From positions 96,001 to 160,000 of the forward strand of contig JAVYWL010000001.1 of assembly GCA_038727135.1 (NCBI GenBank): a stretch of DNA of 64,000 bases, read 5' to 3'. Both the position numbers and the translations under genes were made by a program. Shown here one piece after another: positions 37,216 through 48,039 of the stretch. Numbering within the stretch: the first letter of the stretch is position 1; every line of letters begins with the position of its first letter. The stretch is from Candidatus Bathyarchaeia archaeon (lineage in GTDB: Archaea; Thermoproteota; Bathyarchaeia; Bathyarchaeales; Bathycorpusculaceae). Under the pieces are notes generated by a model that saw only the letters and a program-made list of their open reading frames with translations, ran no database searches and was not told the DNA's origin.

Positions 37216-38826
37216 ATGGGCAGCGAAATCATCGGTCGAGGAACATGGTACGACAAAATGGCTCTGAAAATAATTGAAAGAGAGCGGAAGCTGGGCAGAA
37301 GCCTAGACATAATAAGGACCGAGATGGGGCTGGGAGCTTCAGGTTTTCCCCACATTGGAAGTTTAGGCGACGCCGCTCGCGCCTACGCTGTCACCCTAGC
37401 CTTGAGGGAGCAAGGCTACCGTTCAGAGCTAATAGCCTTTTGCGACGACAAAGACGGACTACGCAAAGTCCCGGCGGGGCTGCCGAAAACTCTAGAGAAA
37501 TATTTGGGATTTCCTGTCACGGACATACCAGACCCGTTTAAATGCCATGACAGTTACGGCAGACACATGAGCCATCTCCTACTTGAAGCCCTAGACAAAT
37601 GCAACATAGAATACCATTACATATCGGCAAAAGACGCCTACAAAAACGGCTTACTAAACAACGAAATCCGAATATTGCTCTTAAATGCGAAGAAGGTTGG
37701 GGAAATTGTCAAGGAAGAGGTGGGACAAGAAAGATACATGGAGGTCTTGCCATACTTCGCAGTTTGCGGAAACTGTGGGAGAATATACACCACAAAAGCG
37801 CTGGAATACCTTCCAAAAGAGGATAAGGTGCTTTACGTTTGCGATGGTATGGAAATTAAGGGCAGGTGGATTGAAGGCTGTGGATACAAAGGCGAAGCCA
37901 ACATTACAAAGGGTGAGGGAAAGTTAAGCTGGAAGGGCGAATTTGCAGCAAGATGGAAAGCCCTAGACATAAGGTTTGAGGCTTATGGCAAGGATATTGC
38001 CGACTCGGTTCGCGTAAATGACAGAATATGCCGCGAAGTGTTAGGCTGCGAACCGCCAGCCCACGCAAAATATGAAATGTTCCTTGACAAAAGCGGGAGA
38101 AAAATTTCAAAGTCAACAGGCAACGTTTTCACGCCGCAAGTATGGTTTAGGTATGGTTCACCCCAATCGCTCATGCTCCTCATGCTAAAAAGGTTTGTTG
38201 GGACTCGCACTTTGGACGTGACGGACATACCGTCATACATGAACGAATTGGACTATTTGGAAGACATATACTTTGGAAAGAAGATAATTCCAGACAAAAA
38301 GGAGCTAGCAAAGCTTAGAGGCTTATATGAGTACTGCTGGGTCTTAAAACCGCCCAAACAACCGAGCATACATGTGCCATACAACATTCTAACTTTTCTG
38401 GCAAAAATCGCGCCGAAAGGCAAAGAAATAGAGTTCATAACAGAAAAGCTCCAAAGCTACGGCTACCTACAAAAAGGACAACAACCAGACCAAAACCTAA
38501 GAAGGCGAATAGAATATGCCCTCAACTGGGTTAAAGACTTCGAAGAAATCCGAGAAACAGCTATAACCCTAAAACCAGAAGAGAAAAACGCCATAAAAGA
38601 ACTAATCGAAACCCTAAAAACAGAAGAAGAAGCGGAAAAAATACAAAACGCTATATTCAATACTGCCAAAAAACACGGCATACCACCGCCAGAACTCTTC
38701 AAAACCCTATACAACATACTAATAGGCGCGCCACAAGGACCCAGACTAGGCCCATACATAACCGCCATGGGCAAACAAAACGTGATAAACGCCCTACAAA
38801 GAGCGTTAAACCAAAGTCAGAAATGA
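37216..38826 (+). CDS. lysS: Lysyl-tRNA synthetase, class I
   Basis: SGFPHIGS (HIGH-like), KISKS, GPRLG. Confidence 0.95.
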   Translation: MGSEIIGRGTWYDKMALKIIERERKLGRSLDIIRTEMGLGASGFPHIGSLGDAARAYAVTLALREQGYRSELIAFCDDKDGLRKVPAGLPKTLEKYLGFPVTDIPDPFKCHDSYGRHMSHLLLEALDKCNIEYHYISAKDAYKNGLLNNEIRILLLNAKKVGEIVKEEVGQERYMEVLPYFAVCGNCGRIYTTKALEYLPKEDKVLYVCDGMEIKGRWIEGCGYKGEANITKGEGKLSWKGEFAARWKALDIRFEAYGKDIADSVRVNDRICREVLGCEPPAHAKYEMFLDKSGRKISKSTGNVFTPQVWFRYGSPQSLMLLMLKRFVGTRTLDVTDIPSYMNELDYLEDIYFGKKIIPDKKELAKLRGLYEYCWVLKPPKQPSIHVPYNILTFLAKIAPKGKEIEFITEKLQSYGYLQKGQQPDQNLRRRIEYALNWVKDFEEIRETAITLKPEEKNAIKELIETLKTEEEAEKIQNAIFNTAKKHGIPPPELFKTLYNILIGAPQGPRLGPYITAMGKQNVINALQRALNQSQK

Positions 38827-38829
38827 TCT

Positions 38830-39822
38830 TCAACTTTTTGCTAGATGACAAGCCACGAAATGCTCTGCTGCTACAGCTCTCAATTCTGGCTCCTCTTTTG
38901 CGCATATATTTTCGGCGAACGGGCATCTTGGGTGAAAACGGCAGCCCGTGGGAATTTTTATAGCTGAAGGCACTTCACCCTTAAGCTCTATCACTTTCCT
39001 TTTACGTTCCGGATTTGGAACAGGTATGGCTGAAAGAAGCGCTTGAGTGTAGGGATGCACGGGTTTTAAGAATATTTCTTTTTTATCGCCCATTTCCACG
39101 ATTTTTCCGAGGTACATTATCGCGATTCTGTCAGAAATGTATTTGGCTATTGCCAAATCATGTGTTATGAAAAGATATGTGAGTTGCAATGCTTTTTTAA
39201 GGTCTAACATCAAGTCAATTATAGTTGTTCTAAGAGAGACATCAATCATGGAAACTGGTTCGTCTGCAACAATAAATTCAGGTTCTAAGATAAGTGACCG
39301 CGCCATTGCTGCCCTCTGTCTTTGTCCTCCGCTCAGCTGATGGGGGTATAAATCTATGAATTGTTCTGGAGGTGTTAAGCCGACACGTTCCAACATCGCC
39401 AAAACTTTCTTCCGCTTTTCCTCACCCGTAGCTAATCCGTGAATCTCCAGCGGATGTCCTATGGCGTCTCCTATTCTCATTCGAGGATTAAATGAAGCGT
39501 AAGGATCTTGAAAGATTATCTGCATTTTTCTTCTCACAAGCCTTAATTCATTCTGGCCCAGTTTTGTTATTTCCTGATCTTTAAAAAACACCTTTCCAGA
39601 TGTTGGCGGAATAAGCCCTAAAATAAGCTTCCCAGTGGTGGTTTTTCCACAACCACTTTCACCAGCCAAAGTGAAAACTTCACCCTTCCGAACAGAGAAA
39701 GTTACACCGTCAACCGCGTGGACAAAGCTTCTGGTGCGAGTTAGTAATCTCTCTAAAAAGCTTTTTTCAACCGGAAAATACTTTTTCAAGTTTTCAACCC
39801 TTATAATCTCTGTTTGACTCAT
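38830..39822 (-). CDS. Oligo/dipeptide ABC transporter ATPase (OppF/DppF-like)
   Basis: GESGCGKTT, LSGGQRQR, HPYT, GCRFHPRC. Confidence 0.93.
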   Translation of the reverse strand: MSQTEIIRVENLKKYFPVEKSFLERLLTRTRSFVHAVDGVTFSVRKGEVFTLAGESGCGKTTTGKLILGLIPPTSGKVFFKDQEITKLGQNELRLVRRKMQIIFQDPYASFNPRMRIGDAIGHPLEIHGLATGEEKRKKVLAMLERVGLTPPEQFIDLYPHQLSGGQRQRAAMARSLILEPEFIVADEPVSMIDVSLRTTIIDLMLDLKKALQLTYLFITHDLAIAKYISDRIAIMYLGKIVEMGDKKEIFLKPVHPYTQALLSAIPVPNPERKRKVIELKGEVPSAIKIPTGCRFHPRCPFAENICAKEEPELRAVAAEHFVACHLAKS

Positions 39823-39828
39823 TTTCCG

Positions 39829-40809
39829 CTATCCCCCATACAAAAAGCAGCGAATAAGGTGGTCTGTTTCGGTTTCTACCAATTGTGGAATGGCTTTTCT
39901 ACACTTCTCCATAGCGTAAGAGCAGCGGGGCCAAAACCGGCAACCCTTTGGAGGGCTAAGGAGATCTGGAGGGGATCCCGGTATGGCTTCAAGTTTTTGG
40001 TCTGCCAACTCGATGTTTGGAATGGATTTTAAAAGGCCTTGTGTATACGGATGCTGGGGATTTTTATAGACATTCCTTATATTGGAATACTCAACCATTT
40101 GTCCGGCATACATCACAAGAATTTTGTCACATCTTTCAATCGTTATGCTTAAGTCGTGTGTGATAAAGATGAGGGCCATAGAATACATGTTTTGAACATC
40201 CTTTAGGAGGTCAAGTATCTTTGCTTGAACAATTACGTCTAATGCTGTTGTTGGTTCGTCGGCGACAACCACGCATGGATTTAGGGTTATTGCTAAAGCT
40301 ATCATCACACGTTGCCGCATTCCACCGCTTAACTGATGCGGATAGTCGTCGATGCGCTCGGGTTGTATACCAACATCTGCAAGAAGCCTCTCCGCGCGTT
40401 TAAAGGCCTCATCCCTGCTCACGTTTGGTTCATGGGTTTGAATTAACTCTACAAAGTGTTCGCCTATTCGCTTAACCGGGTTTAAAGAAGTCATTGGATC
40501 TTGAAAAACGAAGGAGATTTTCCTTCCCCTAATGTTTCTTATTTCGCCCTCACGAAGCTTTAAAATGTCTTTACCCTCAAGCCACACATTTCCTTTAACT
40601 ATTCTACCCGGCGGAGGAACGAGACGGATCAAGGAAAGACCTAATGTGGACTTTCCAGAGCCCGACTCTCCAACTACACCCAGAGTTTCAGCCTTATCCA
40701 AAGAGAAGGAGACGTCGTCTACTGCTCGCACTTTTCCCTTTCTTGTCCAGTATTCAACTGTTAAGTTTTCCACAGTCAACAGTTGTTTTTGCATTTCCTT
40801 ATTCTCCAA
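39829..40809 (-). CDS. Oligo/dipeptide ABC transporter ATPase (OppD/DppD-like)
   Basis: GESGSGKS, LSGGMRQR, DEPTTALD. Confidence 0.93.
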   Translation of the reverse strand: MENKEMQKQLLTVENLTVEYWTRKGKVRAVDDVSFSLDKAETLGVVGESGSGKSTLGLSLIRLVPPPGRIVKGNVWLEGKDILKLREGEIRNIRGRKISFVFQDPMTSLNPVKRIGEHFVELIQTHEPNVSRDEAFKRAERLLADVGIQPERIDDYPHQLSGGMRQRVMIALAITLNPCVVVADEPTTALDVIVQAKILDLLKDVQNMYSMALIFITHDLSITIERCDKILVMYAGQMVEYSNIRNVYKNPQHPYTQGLLKSIPNIELADQKLEAIPGSPPDLLSPPKGCRFWPRCSYAMEKCRKAIPQLVETETDHLIRCFLYGG

Positions 40810-41689
40810 GTTTCGGATTTAATATTTCGCTCAGTCCCTCCCCCATTAACGTGAATCCCAAGGCTAAAAGGATTATAAATATTCCAGGAAATGTTATTAC
40901 CCACCAAGCTCCACTTGGAAGAAGTTTACGACCGTTTGCAAGATCCCATCCCCAGTCAGGGACGTCTACTTCAACGCCTAAACCGACGAAGGTTAAACCA
41001 GCAGCCGTAAGGATGGCGTCGGCAAAATTTACGGTTGCAACAACAACTATTGATGGAACAACATTTGGCAAAATATATTTGAAGAGTATTGTGCTGCTTT
41101 TTGCCCCAATGGATCGAGCGGCCTCAACGTAGGGCATCTCTTTTATGCTTAGCACCTGACTTCGAACAACTCTGAAGTAGGATGGAACGTATACCACGGC
41201 TATTGATAAGGCCATGTTCACAACTCCTCTACCAAGCATTGCCGCAATTGCAATCGCAAGAATTAGACTGGGGAACGCGTAAATGCTGTCCATAACGAGG
41301 CAAATGCCTCTATCGAGCATCCCACCAATATAGGACGAGAATAGCCCTACCGGAACTCCAATTGCTAAGCAGATCGCAACTGATAGAAAAGCAACTTGAA
41401 GCATTATACCCCCTCCAGATATCACTCTACTTAACATGTCCTGGCCGAGATGATTAGTTCCGAAAGGAAATTTGGAGTTGGGTGGGGTTAGTGGCGCACC
41501 AACGTTTACTCCTTTAGTTGTTGGATCGTATGGAGAAATCCATGGAGCCAGCAAAGTCATAAGAATTATTGACGTTACTATAGCGGCGCCTAAGATTACA
41601 AGCCATCCAGACAACCCTCTCTCTTTCAGAGAACCTATGGCTGGAATAATGCTCGAAAGCATGCCTCGCTTTATACCAAACTTACTCAT
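40799..41689 (-). CDS. Peptide ABC transporter permease (OppC/DppC-like)
   Basis: FGTNHLGQDMLSR, EAARSIGA. Confidence 0.92.
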   Translation of the reverse strand: MSKFGIKRGMLSSIIPAIGSLKERGLSGWLVILGAAIVTSIILMTLLAPWISPYDPTTKGVNVGAPLTPPNSKFPFGTNHLGQDMLSRVISGGGIMLQVAFLSVAICLAIGVPVGLFSSYIGGMLDRGICLVMDSIYAFPSLILAIAIAAMLGRGVVNMALSIAVVYVPSYFRVVRSQVLSIKEMPYVEAARSIGAKSSTILFKYILPNVVPSIVVVATVNFADAILTAAGLTFVGLGVEVDVPDWGWDLANGRKLLPSGAWWVITFPGIFIILLALGFTLMGEGLSEILNPKLGE

Positions 41690-41700
41690 GATGGCCCCCC

Positions 41701-42942
41701 TTACAATCTAATTCTCGGATCCAAATAGGCATATAACAAATCGATCAACAGGCTAACTATGGACACCAAAATCCCAAAGAAAACAACAGCCCCTTGAATA
41801 GCAGTGTAGTCTCTGAAGTTTATGCGTTCGACAATGTACCTTCCAAGACCAGGCCATGAAAAGGTGGTTTCCGTCAAAATTGCTCCGCCAAGGAGGGCTG
41901 CAAATTGTAGTCCCATCATGGTAAGTATTGGAAGGAAGGCATTTCTGAGGGCATAGCCGTAAATCACCGTGGTTTCTTTTAATCCTCTGGCTTTTGCCGC
42001 TGTGACAAAGTCAAGCCTAAGAGTTTCGAACATGTTACTCCTCGTCAGCCTAATGAAGACTCCAGAAAGAACCAAACCCAATGTTAGAGATGGTAGGATA
42101 AGGTATCGTAGGGCTTCAGCGAACTTGTAAAGGTTTCCTTCGAGCAAGCTGTCAATCGTGTATAAGCCAGTTGCTATGCGTAATTCGCCCTTGGAGATAA
42201 AGTACCAGCCTACCCAAGCCCACAGAATCCAAACTATTAAAAATATAGAAATAAGAGTTCCTAAGGTTTTTCTTGTAATTTTTTTGCCTTTTAATTTAAG
42301 TGCAACAAAGCATAAGATAGAGATTATCAAACCAGCTACACAAGACAAAATTAGGTGAGTGGCGAACCCTTCAGAAAGTTGAGAAAGCGGTATTTTTAAC
42401 CCTTCTGGCTCCATTGTTGGATATGTTCTTCCTCCCACTGGTAGCCAGCGCAAATTAACCGCGAAGATTATCTGGAATACCATGCCTAAGAAAAAAATGG
42501 GCATGGCATATGTGACTATTCCAAAAATTCTTATCGCGTGATCTTTTGGTTTATTGTAAGATTTTGACGCTTCCACTCCTAAAAATATGCCAATTAAAAC
42601 TGCAATGATCATGGAATAGATTGCGAGTTCTAATGTCGCAGGAAATGCGGAGAAAATTTGCTCAGCTACTGGGGAGAAGTCATGCATTGACTTGCCAAGA
42701 TCTCCCCTTAAAAGGCCAAGTAAATAGTCGAAATATTGAACCCATAGAGGCTTATCGAGCCCCAATTTTTGTCGCATTTCCTCTATTGCTTCTGGATGTT
42801 CTGCTTTCTCAAAGTGAAGTAAAACGGGGTCCCCGGGTAAAACTCGCATTATGACAAATACCATTGTAAGGAGTATCAATATCATTGGTATTGTAAGCAA
42901 TATTCGTGAAATTATGTAAGCGCGTAGTGTCATGTTGTCCAC
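41701..42942 (-). CDS. Peptide ABC transporter permease (OppB/DppB-like) with a hydrophobic insertion
   Basis: PGDP, GLDKPL..QY, TAAKARGL, LDPRIR. Confidence 0.92.
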   Translation of the reverse strand: MDNMTLRAYIISRILLTIPMILILLTMVFVIMRVLPGDPVLLHFEKAEHPEAIEEMRQKLGLDKPLWVQYFDYLLGLLRGDLGKSMHDFSPVAEQIFSAFPATLELAIYSMIIAVLIGIFLGVEASKSYNKPKDHAIRIFGIVTYAMPIFFLGMVFQIIFAVNLRWLPVGGRTYPTMEPEGLKIPLSQLSEGFATHLILSCVAGLIISILCFVALKLKGKKITRKTLGTLISIFLIVWILWAWVGWYFISKGELRIATGLYTIDSLLEGNLYKFAEALRYLILPSLTLGLVLSGVFIRLTRSNMFETLRLDFVTAAKARGLKETTVIYGYALRNAFLPILTMMGLQFAALLGGAILTETTFSWPGLGRYIVERINFRDYTAIQGAVVFFGILVSIVSLLIDLLYAYLDPRIRL

Positions 42943-42985
42943 ATCAATAATGCATAAAAAGAAGGGAGAAATTAAAGTTTGTTTA

Positions 42986-44623
42986 TTACTCTTCTTTGTA
43001 CACTAGCCAGTGGCGCCAAGACTGTGTTATGTCCAAGTAGACTCCCTTAATGTTTGTCTTTGTAACAGCCCAAGCTGAACCTTGGTAAATCGGTATTATC
43101 GGGCAGTCCTCCACCATGAGTTCTTGAATTTCCTCATAAAGTTGTTCTCTTATGGACGCTGTTGTGTTGCCCCTCGCCCATTCAATGAGCTGATCCATAT
43201 GGGTATTGTTATAGTTATGGTGAAGCCACGATCCGCCGGAAGAATGGAGGAATGGATAGATGTAGTCGTCAGGGTCTATGTAGTCTGGATACCAGCCTAG
43301 GATATAGGCTTCCATTTCTTCATTTATTCGTTTCGTCCTGTATGCCGCCCAATCAACCCCTTGAAGGTTTACTGATATTACTCCACTAGCTTCTAAGGAA
43401 GCCTTTAGCATCTGGGCGAGTTCTGGACTTTGTGGATAGTGTCCGGAAGTTTCGTACCACAATGTGAATGTCAGTTTATTTTCTTCATTATATCCTAATG
43501 GAGCCAGCAGTTGCCGCGTTAGCGTATAGTTTGGATCGCCAAGCGTTAGAAAGGCATCTCTATGTCCGAACATGCCTATAGGTATCATACTGTATAATTT
43601 TTGAACTTGCCCAAGGAAAACCGTGTTAACAATAGCTGTTCTGTTGATAGCGGCAGCAACAGCTTGCCTTATTATCGGGTTATCGAAGGGCGGATATTTT
43701 TCTTGTAAAACAAGATATTGGATGAAAGCTCCTGTTCCTTCCCAAACCTTCAAGTGAGTTTTCGTTTTAAGGTTGTTTATATCCGTAGCTGAAAGCTGTC
43801 TGAAGGCAATGTCGATTTCCCCAGCATCAATAGCTAAAGCGAGACTTGCAGAATCCGAATAGAACTTAATAACAATTTTCTGAGTCTTCGGATAACCTCC
43901 GGACGCATTCCAGTAGTTAGGGTTAGCTTCAAGCACCATCTCTTCGTCTCTGCCAGCAGTTCTAGTCCATTTTGTCAGTCTGTAGGGGCCTAAGCCCATC
44001 GGGTGACTGCCACGGGCATCCCCAGCCTTATATTCAACAACCTGATCCGGTGGAGCATATTTTGGATCAACAATGTATGAGGCTTGACAAGCCAGAAGCG
44101 ATAGAAACGCAGAAAATGGAATCTTCAGGTAAAACTTTACAACATACTTGCTGACTACGGTAACGTTTTCAATAATGTCGCTATACCCGATGCCAACGAA
44201 AGGCCCTTCCGGATCAGCTATGCCTATGCCTCTGTCAAACGTGTATTTGACGTGGGTTGCATTAAACTCTGTGCCGTCGTCAAACTTGACGCCCTGCCTC
44301 AAGTTGAAAGTCCAAACTAACCCATCCTCAGAAACGCTCCAACTAGTCGCCAGCGCAGGAACAATATCCTCAGCAGCACCAGTAGCGCCCGGACGATACT
44401 CCACCAACCCAGCGCCCAAAGCCTGAATTATCTCCCAGCCAAAATAGTCATACGCCCTTGCAGGATCAAGACAAGACTCAACAGTGTCAGTCGTCCCCAT
44501 AATCAAAACACTTTCCTTCTTAGCCGGCTGCATCAAAAGGTAACCCAAAACAGCCGCCACAACTATTATGACTATCACTATACCCACAATAGCAATTCTA
44601 CTAACAGCCCTAATTCCCCTCAT
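42986..44623 (-). CDS. Peptide ABC transporter substrate-binding protein (family 5)
   Basis: PALATSW.VSEDG..WTFNLRQGVKFDDGT, GWYPDYIDPD. Confidence 0.92.
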   Translation of the reverse strand: MRGIRAVSRIAIVGIVIVIIVVAAVLGYLLMQPAKKESVLIMGTTDTVESCLDPARAYDYFGWEIIQALGAGLVEYRPGATGAAEDIVPALATSWSVSEDGLVWTFNLRQGVKFDDGTEFNATHVKYTFDRGIGIADPEGPFVGIGYSDIIENVTVVSKYVVKFYLKIPFSAFLSLLACQASYIVDPKYAPPDQVVEYKAGDARGSHPMGLGPYRLTKWTRTAGRDEEMVLEANPNYWNASGGYPKTQKIVIKFYSDSASLALAIDAGEIDIAFRQLSATDINNLKTKTHLKVWEGTGAFIQYLVLQEKYPPFDNPIIRQAVAAAINRTAIVNTVFLGQVQKLYSMIPIGMFGHRDAFLTLGDPNYTLTRQLLAPLGYNEENKLTFTLWYETSGHYPQSPELAQMLKASLEASGVISVNLQGVDWAAYRTKRINEEMEAYILGWYPDYIDPDDYIYPFLHSSGGSWLHHNYNNTHMDQLIEWARGNTTASIREQLYEEIQELMVEDCPIIPIYQGSAWAVTKTNIKGVYLDITQSWRHWLVYKEE

Positions 44624-44765
44624 CTATTCCACCGCAAACTTATGATTAGAACAGCATACATATAAAAAATTTTAGTTCCTAACAAAAACACAAAGACCAC
44701 ACCATCTAGCAACTGTAAAAGCAGAAAAGAAAAAGGTTATAGAAATGTTCAGACATGAAAAACTT

Positions 44766-44844
44766 GGGCCCGTAGTCTAGTATGGATTAGGACGCTGGCC
44801 TGCGGAGCCGGAGATCCTGGGTTCAAATCCCAGCGGGCCCGCCA
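44766..44844 (+). tRNA. tRNA-Arg(GCG)
   Basis: GGGCCCG...CTGGC-CT-GCG-GA-GCCGG...GGTTCAAATCC...CGGGCCC-GCCA. Confidence 0.96.
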
Positions 44845-44984
44845 AAATGTTGTAGTGTGCCATAACATTTTGATAGGGAAGTTTGATTTTAGAAAAAGGA
44901 GGTTGAGTTTTGGAGGTTTTTGGTGATCAGCGGAGTATTCCATCGAGCCCTTCAAGGCGTTCTAGTTTGTCGAGTATGCACCGT

Positions 44985-45240
44985 TTTGGCAGTGGTAGGG
45001 TTCTGCTTTGAAATTGTAGTCTACCCATCCTTTGCGCATTGTTGGACTTATAACTGGTATTGTGTAGTTTGGTTTTTGGTGGGTGATATGTCAACATCTG
45101 TCTCTGTTTTGTCGCAGAGGCACATGTGAAGGGTATGTATAGGGTCATTCCGTCTATTATGTAGGCGTAGACTATTGTTACTTGGAAGTCTGCTTCTGGG
45201 TAGACTGGTGTCAGGGTTAGTTTTACTCCGCTTACGCTCG
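44985..45240 (-). pseudogene. Possible degraded 3' fragment of a secreted protease paralog
   Basis: Broken frames PVYPEADFQVTIVYAY... and PVISPTMRKGWVDYNFKAEP; resembles the neighbour's ENDFKVNFI C-terminal region. Confidence 0.35.
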
Positions 45241-45253
45241 CTATACGTTACAT

Positions 45254-45296
45254 TTTACAAGTTGTTGAAAATGAAAAGTTTTTAACAACTTGTAAA
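45254..45296. repeat. Inverted repeat with 18-bp arms and 7-nt spacer (terminator or operator)
   Basis: TTTACAAGTTGTTGAAAA-TGAAAAG-TTTTTAACAACTTGTAAA, one mismatch. Confidence 0.75.
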
Positions 45297-45337
45297 CACA
45301 AATAAAAAAGGAGGATTTTGTTTGGAAAGTTTGTTTG

Positions 45338-47599
45338 CTAGTGTAGCCAGTAGTGGATGAGCCAGAAAGGTGCTTCATCTACTATGAAGTAGAATTCTGT
45401 GTAGAATGAGTGTTCGTAGCCTGGTTGGCTTGCGGCAATCATGACGGCTGGACCGCTAAAGGTTTTGGCTGTGTTAACGACTCTTAATAGTTCCCAGCCA
45501 TCTTCAGTTTCATCGCTGAGTTGCACTGGGCTTATTTTGTATCTAACTTTTAATCCGAAGGGTTGTATCGTGTATAGGGATTCGATGAAGTTTACTTTGA
45601 AGTCGTTTTCTACTACGCCTGTTGTTATGTGCCATCCGGCTGTTGCTGTCCATCCATCTGTGCCAGCTTCAACATCGTCGTAGAAGCCTATTTCGGGGAT
45701 TTCTATATCGTCTATGTACCATCCTAGCCATAGTGTATAGCCGTCAGTCCAGTATGTGAAGTATAGTTCGATTGTGTGGCCTGCGAAGGGTGTTAGGTCC
45801 ATTACTTCTTGGTACCAGCCGCCGCTGCTTCCTGTGAAGGCGTTCCACTTTCCTGCATTATAATATGCGAATGGTTCGAATTCGTCTGGGCAGTTGGGGT
45901 TGTCTTGTGGGTTTGGTAGTGTTGAGGTTGTCCCTATTCCTGGCAGCGTGTACCATTCGCCTGTTGTTAGGTCGTGGACTTCAACGTAGCCGTAGTCCCA
46001 GTCCTCTTCGATTTCGTAGCATGTCCAGAATTTGAGGGTTGCGCCTGTTTCTGGTATTGTGAAGGTTTGGCCTAGTCTGAACCATGACCATGCTGTTCCA
46101 TCTGAATGCCATTCATATGAGCCGCTGTGTGGAAATACGCCAGCGTAATCGTCGCCATCGAAGTATACTTTCAGTTCTGGTTCGCCATCGTATAGCTCCC
46201 AGTACCAGACGATGTATGGTAGGCGTTCTGGTAGTATCCATCCTGTTGGATATGCTTCGTCATAGCATCCCCAATATGATATTGCATATGGTATGCTCCA
46301 GCCTCGTGTTGCGGCTGTTCCGAAGTCTAAGCCGTAATAGCCGTAGACTCCTTTTGCGAAGGTTGTGTCGTCTAGGTAATTTGCAATTGCCCATTCTTGG
46401 AAGACTTGGTCGAAGTCCTTCTTTATTCCACGGGCTTTGAAGACGTTGTTGTAGCCTTCTATTCCGTTTGCTTGTTCGTGGACTATGTCCCATATAAATT
46501 CTCTTCCATAATGCTCATAGATATAGTATGTCCAGAGGGCGACTGCGCCGTAGTTTGATAGGGTTCCTTCCCATACTACGAGGGATGTGTCCCAGAAGTA
46601 GGCTAGGTAGTACATTATGTGACCTGATGGGAAGCCGTATCCACATATTGTTTGGGCTAATTCTGAGCAGCCCTCATTAACCCATGAGTATTCGTCTGGG
46701 TCTATGTCGCGGTGTATTAAGTGCTGGAACTCATGGGCGAATGTGCCTTCATACTCGTATGGCATGCATGCTGTTGGCGGATACGGCGGATATACGTAGT
46801 ATTCTGGTCTACCGCCATCCGGGCTTGGTCCTTGCCTTCTGAACCACTGGTACGTGTCAATGTGAATTATGTTTGCATTGTAAAGATTGCTTACATAAGA
46901 CCAGAAGTAGCCTTCAATGAACCATGGAGCATTAACTGGGTCCCAGAACAATCCATCACGGATGTTGAATATCAGTATTTGTATCTTATAGTCATCCAGC
47001 GGGCCTGGTCTGTCTTTATACATGCCGAAGAATGACGTGTCCTTTTCCCATATGTTTTCGTCGAACTCGTGCATTATCTGGATTAGTTGGCTTCCAAAAA
47101 TGTAGTCACGATAGCCTGGTTTAAGGCGCCAAGCTCCCCAGAATGCACCGCCAAGATAGCTCCATGGATAGGCGAAATAGAATACGTCATCTTCAATTTC
47201 TGGCGTTCCTTTAGTATCCCATTCGTCTTTGTAGCCGCCAGTCCAAACATCCGGGGCTAATCCAACCCATATGTTGCAGTGTTCGCCACTTAGCACAAGC
47301 TCAAAGTCCAGATAATACCATGTGCCGTAATAATCGTCTATAACTGCAACCCTCCACGGTGAATGTGGCGTAAGCTCAGGTACGACGCCTTCAGCCACCG
47401 CAAACTCTAGGAATGAAGATGCGTCAAGTCCCGGAATCTCCTCAGGATCTGAGGGGCGACTTATCTTAGGATGTGTTATGCCCTTAATGGCTCCATCTAT
47501 CCTCGGTCCACTTGCAGTTTCCGAAGCAGAGACGCTATTTAATGGCACCATAGAAGCCAAAAGCACCAAAGCGAAGACTAAAGCCAATAACTTCTTCAT
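45338..47599 (-). CDS. Secreted zinc metallopeptidase, immune inhibitor A/M6-M30-like
   Basis: Signal peptide, AHEFQHLIH, WVNEGCSE, EEDWDYGYVEV, YWTDG..GWYIDDI. Confidence 0.85.
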   Translation of the reverse strand: MKKLLALVFALVLLASMVPLNSVSASETASGPRIDGAIKGITHPKISRPSDPEEIPGLDASSFLEFAVAEGVVPELTPHSPWRVAVIDDYYGTWYYLDFELVLSGEHCNIWVGLAPDVWTGGYKDEWDTKGTPEIEDDVFYFAYPWSYLGGAFWGAWRLKPGYRDYIFGSQLIQIMHEFDENIWEKDTSFFGMYKDRPGPLDDYKIQILIFNIRDGLFWDPVNAPWFIEGYFWSYVSNLYNANIIHIDTYQWFRRQGPSPDGGRPEYYVYPPYPPTACMPYEYEGTFAHEFQHLIHRDIDPDEYSWVNEGCSELAQTICGYGFPSGHIMYYLAYFWDTSLVVWEGTLSNYGAVALWTYYIYEHYGREFIWDIVHEQANGIEGYNNVFKARGIKKDFDQVFQEWAIANYLDDTTFAKGVYGYYGLDFGTAATRGWSIPYAISYWGCYDEAYPTGWILPERLPYIVWYWELYDGEPELKVYFDGDDYAGVFPHSGSYEWHSDGTAWSWFRLGQTFTIPETGATLKFWTCYEIEEDWDYGYVEVHDLTTGEWYTLPGIGTTSTLPNPQDNPNCPDEFEPFAYYNAGKWNAFTGSSGGWYQEVMDLTPFAGHTIELYFTYWTDGYTLWLGWYIDDIEIPEIGFYDDVEAGTDGWTATAGWHITTGVVENDFKVNFIESLYTIQPFGLKVRYKISPVQLSDETEDGWELLRVVNTAKTFSGPAVMIAASQPGYEHSFYTEFYFIVDEAPFWLIHYWLH

Positions 47600-47679
47600 T
47601 TTCTCCTCTCTCCTTCCTTTCGCCTTTTAGGCATTATAAAATGTACGAAATGCAAATATGAAGTTTACGGAAACATCTT

Positions 47680-48039
47680 CTATGGCCACAACACGTCACT
47701 AAAAATGATCCTCTCTTTAATCATGACAAACAATAAAATGCGATTTCCCTTTAAACTGACAATATCAGAACATCCACAGTCACCCAAAGGCGGCGCATCA
47801 TCGCCAAAAGAACCACTAGAATAGTCAATAGGGAACCTATGCTTAAAACGAAAAGTAGGCATTGTTAAGTTAGGCCAGAAATCATCCAAAGGCTGAATGT
47901 TATTAACACAATCACGCCTAACAACATTGCTGGAACAATCATCCATAATTAACATAACAGCCTTTGCATCCTCAATCCAGACAACTAAACCTAACAGAAT
48001 AGACACGGCAATGATTCCTATGGCAAACTTTCCTCTCAT
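47680..48039 (-). CDS. Small exported hypothetical protein
   Basis: Signal-peptide-like N-terminus; otherwise unrecognised. Confidence 0.4.
   Translation of the reverse strand: MRGKFAIGIIAVSILLGLVVWIEDAKAVMLIMDDCSSNVVRRDCVNNIQPLDDFWPNLTMPTFRFKHRFPIDYSSGSFGDDAPPLGDCGCSDIVSLKGNRILLFVMIKERIIFSDVLWP

Noticed and set aside
45254-45296. Inverted repeat as a dif site or transposon end
   Set aside because: It does not fit the 11-6-11 dif layout, and no transposase, partner end or target duplication is visible
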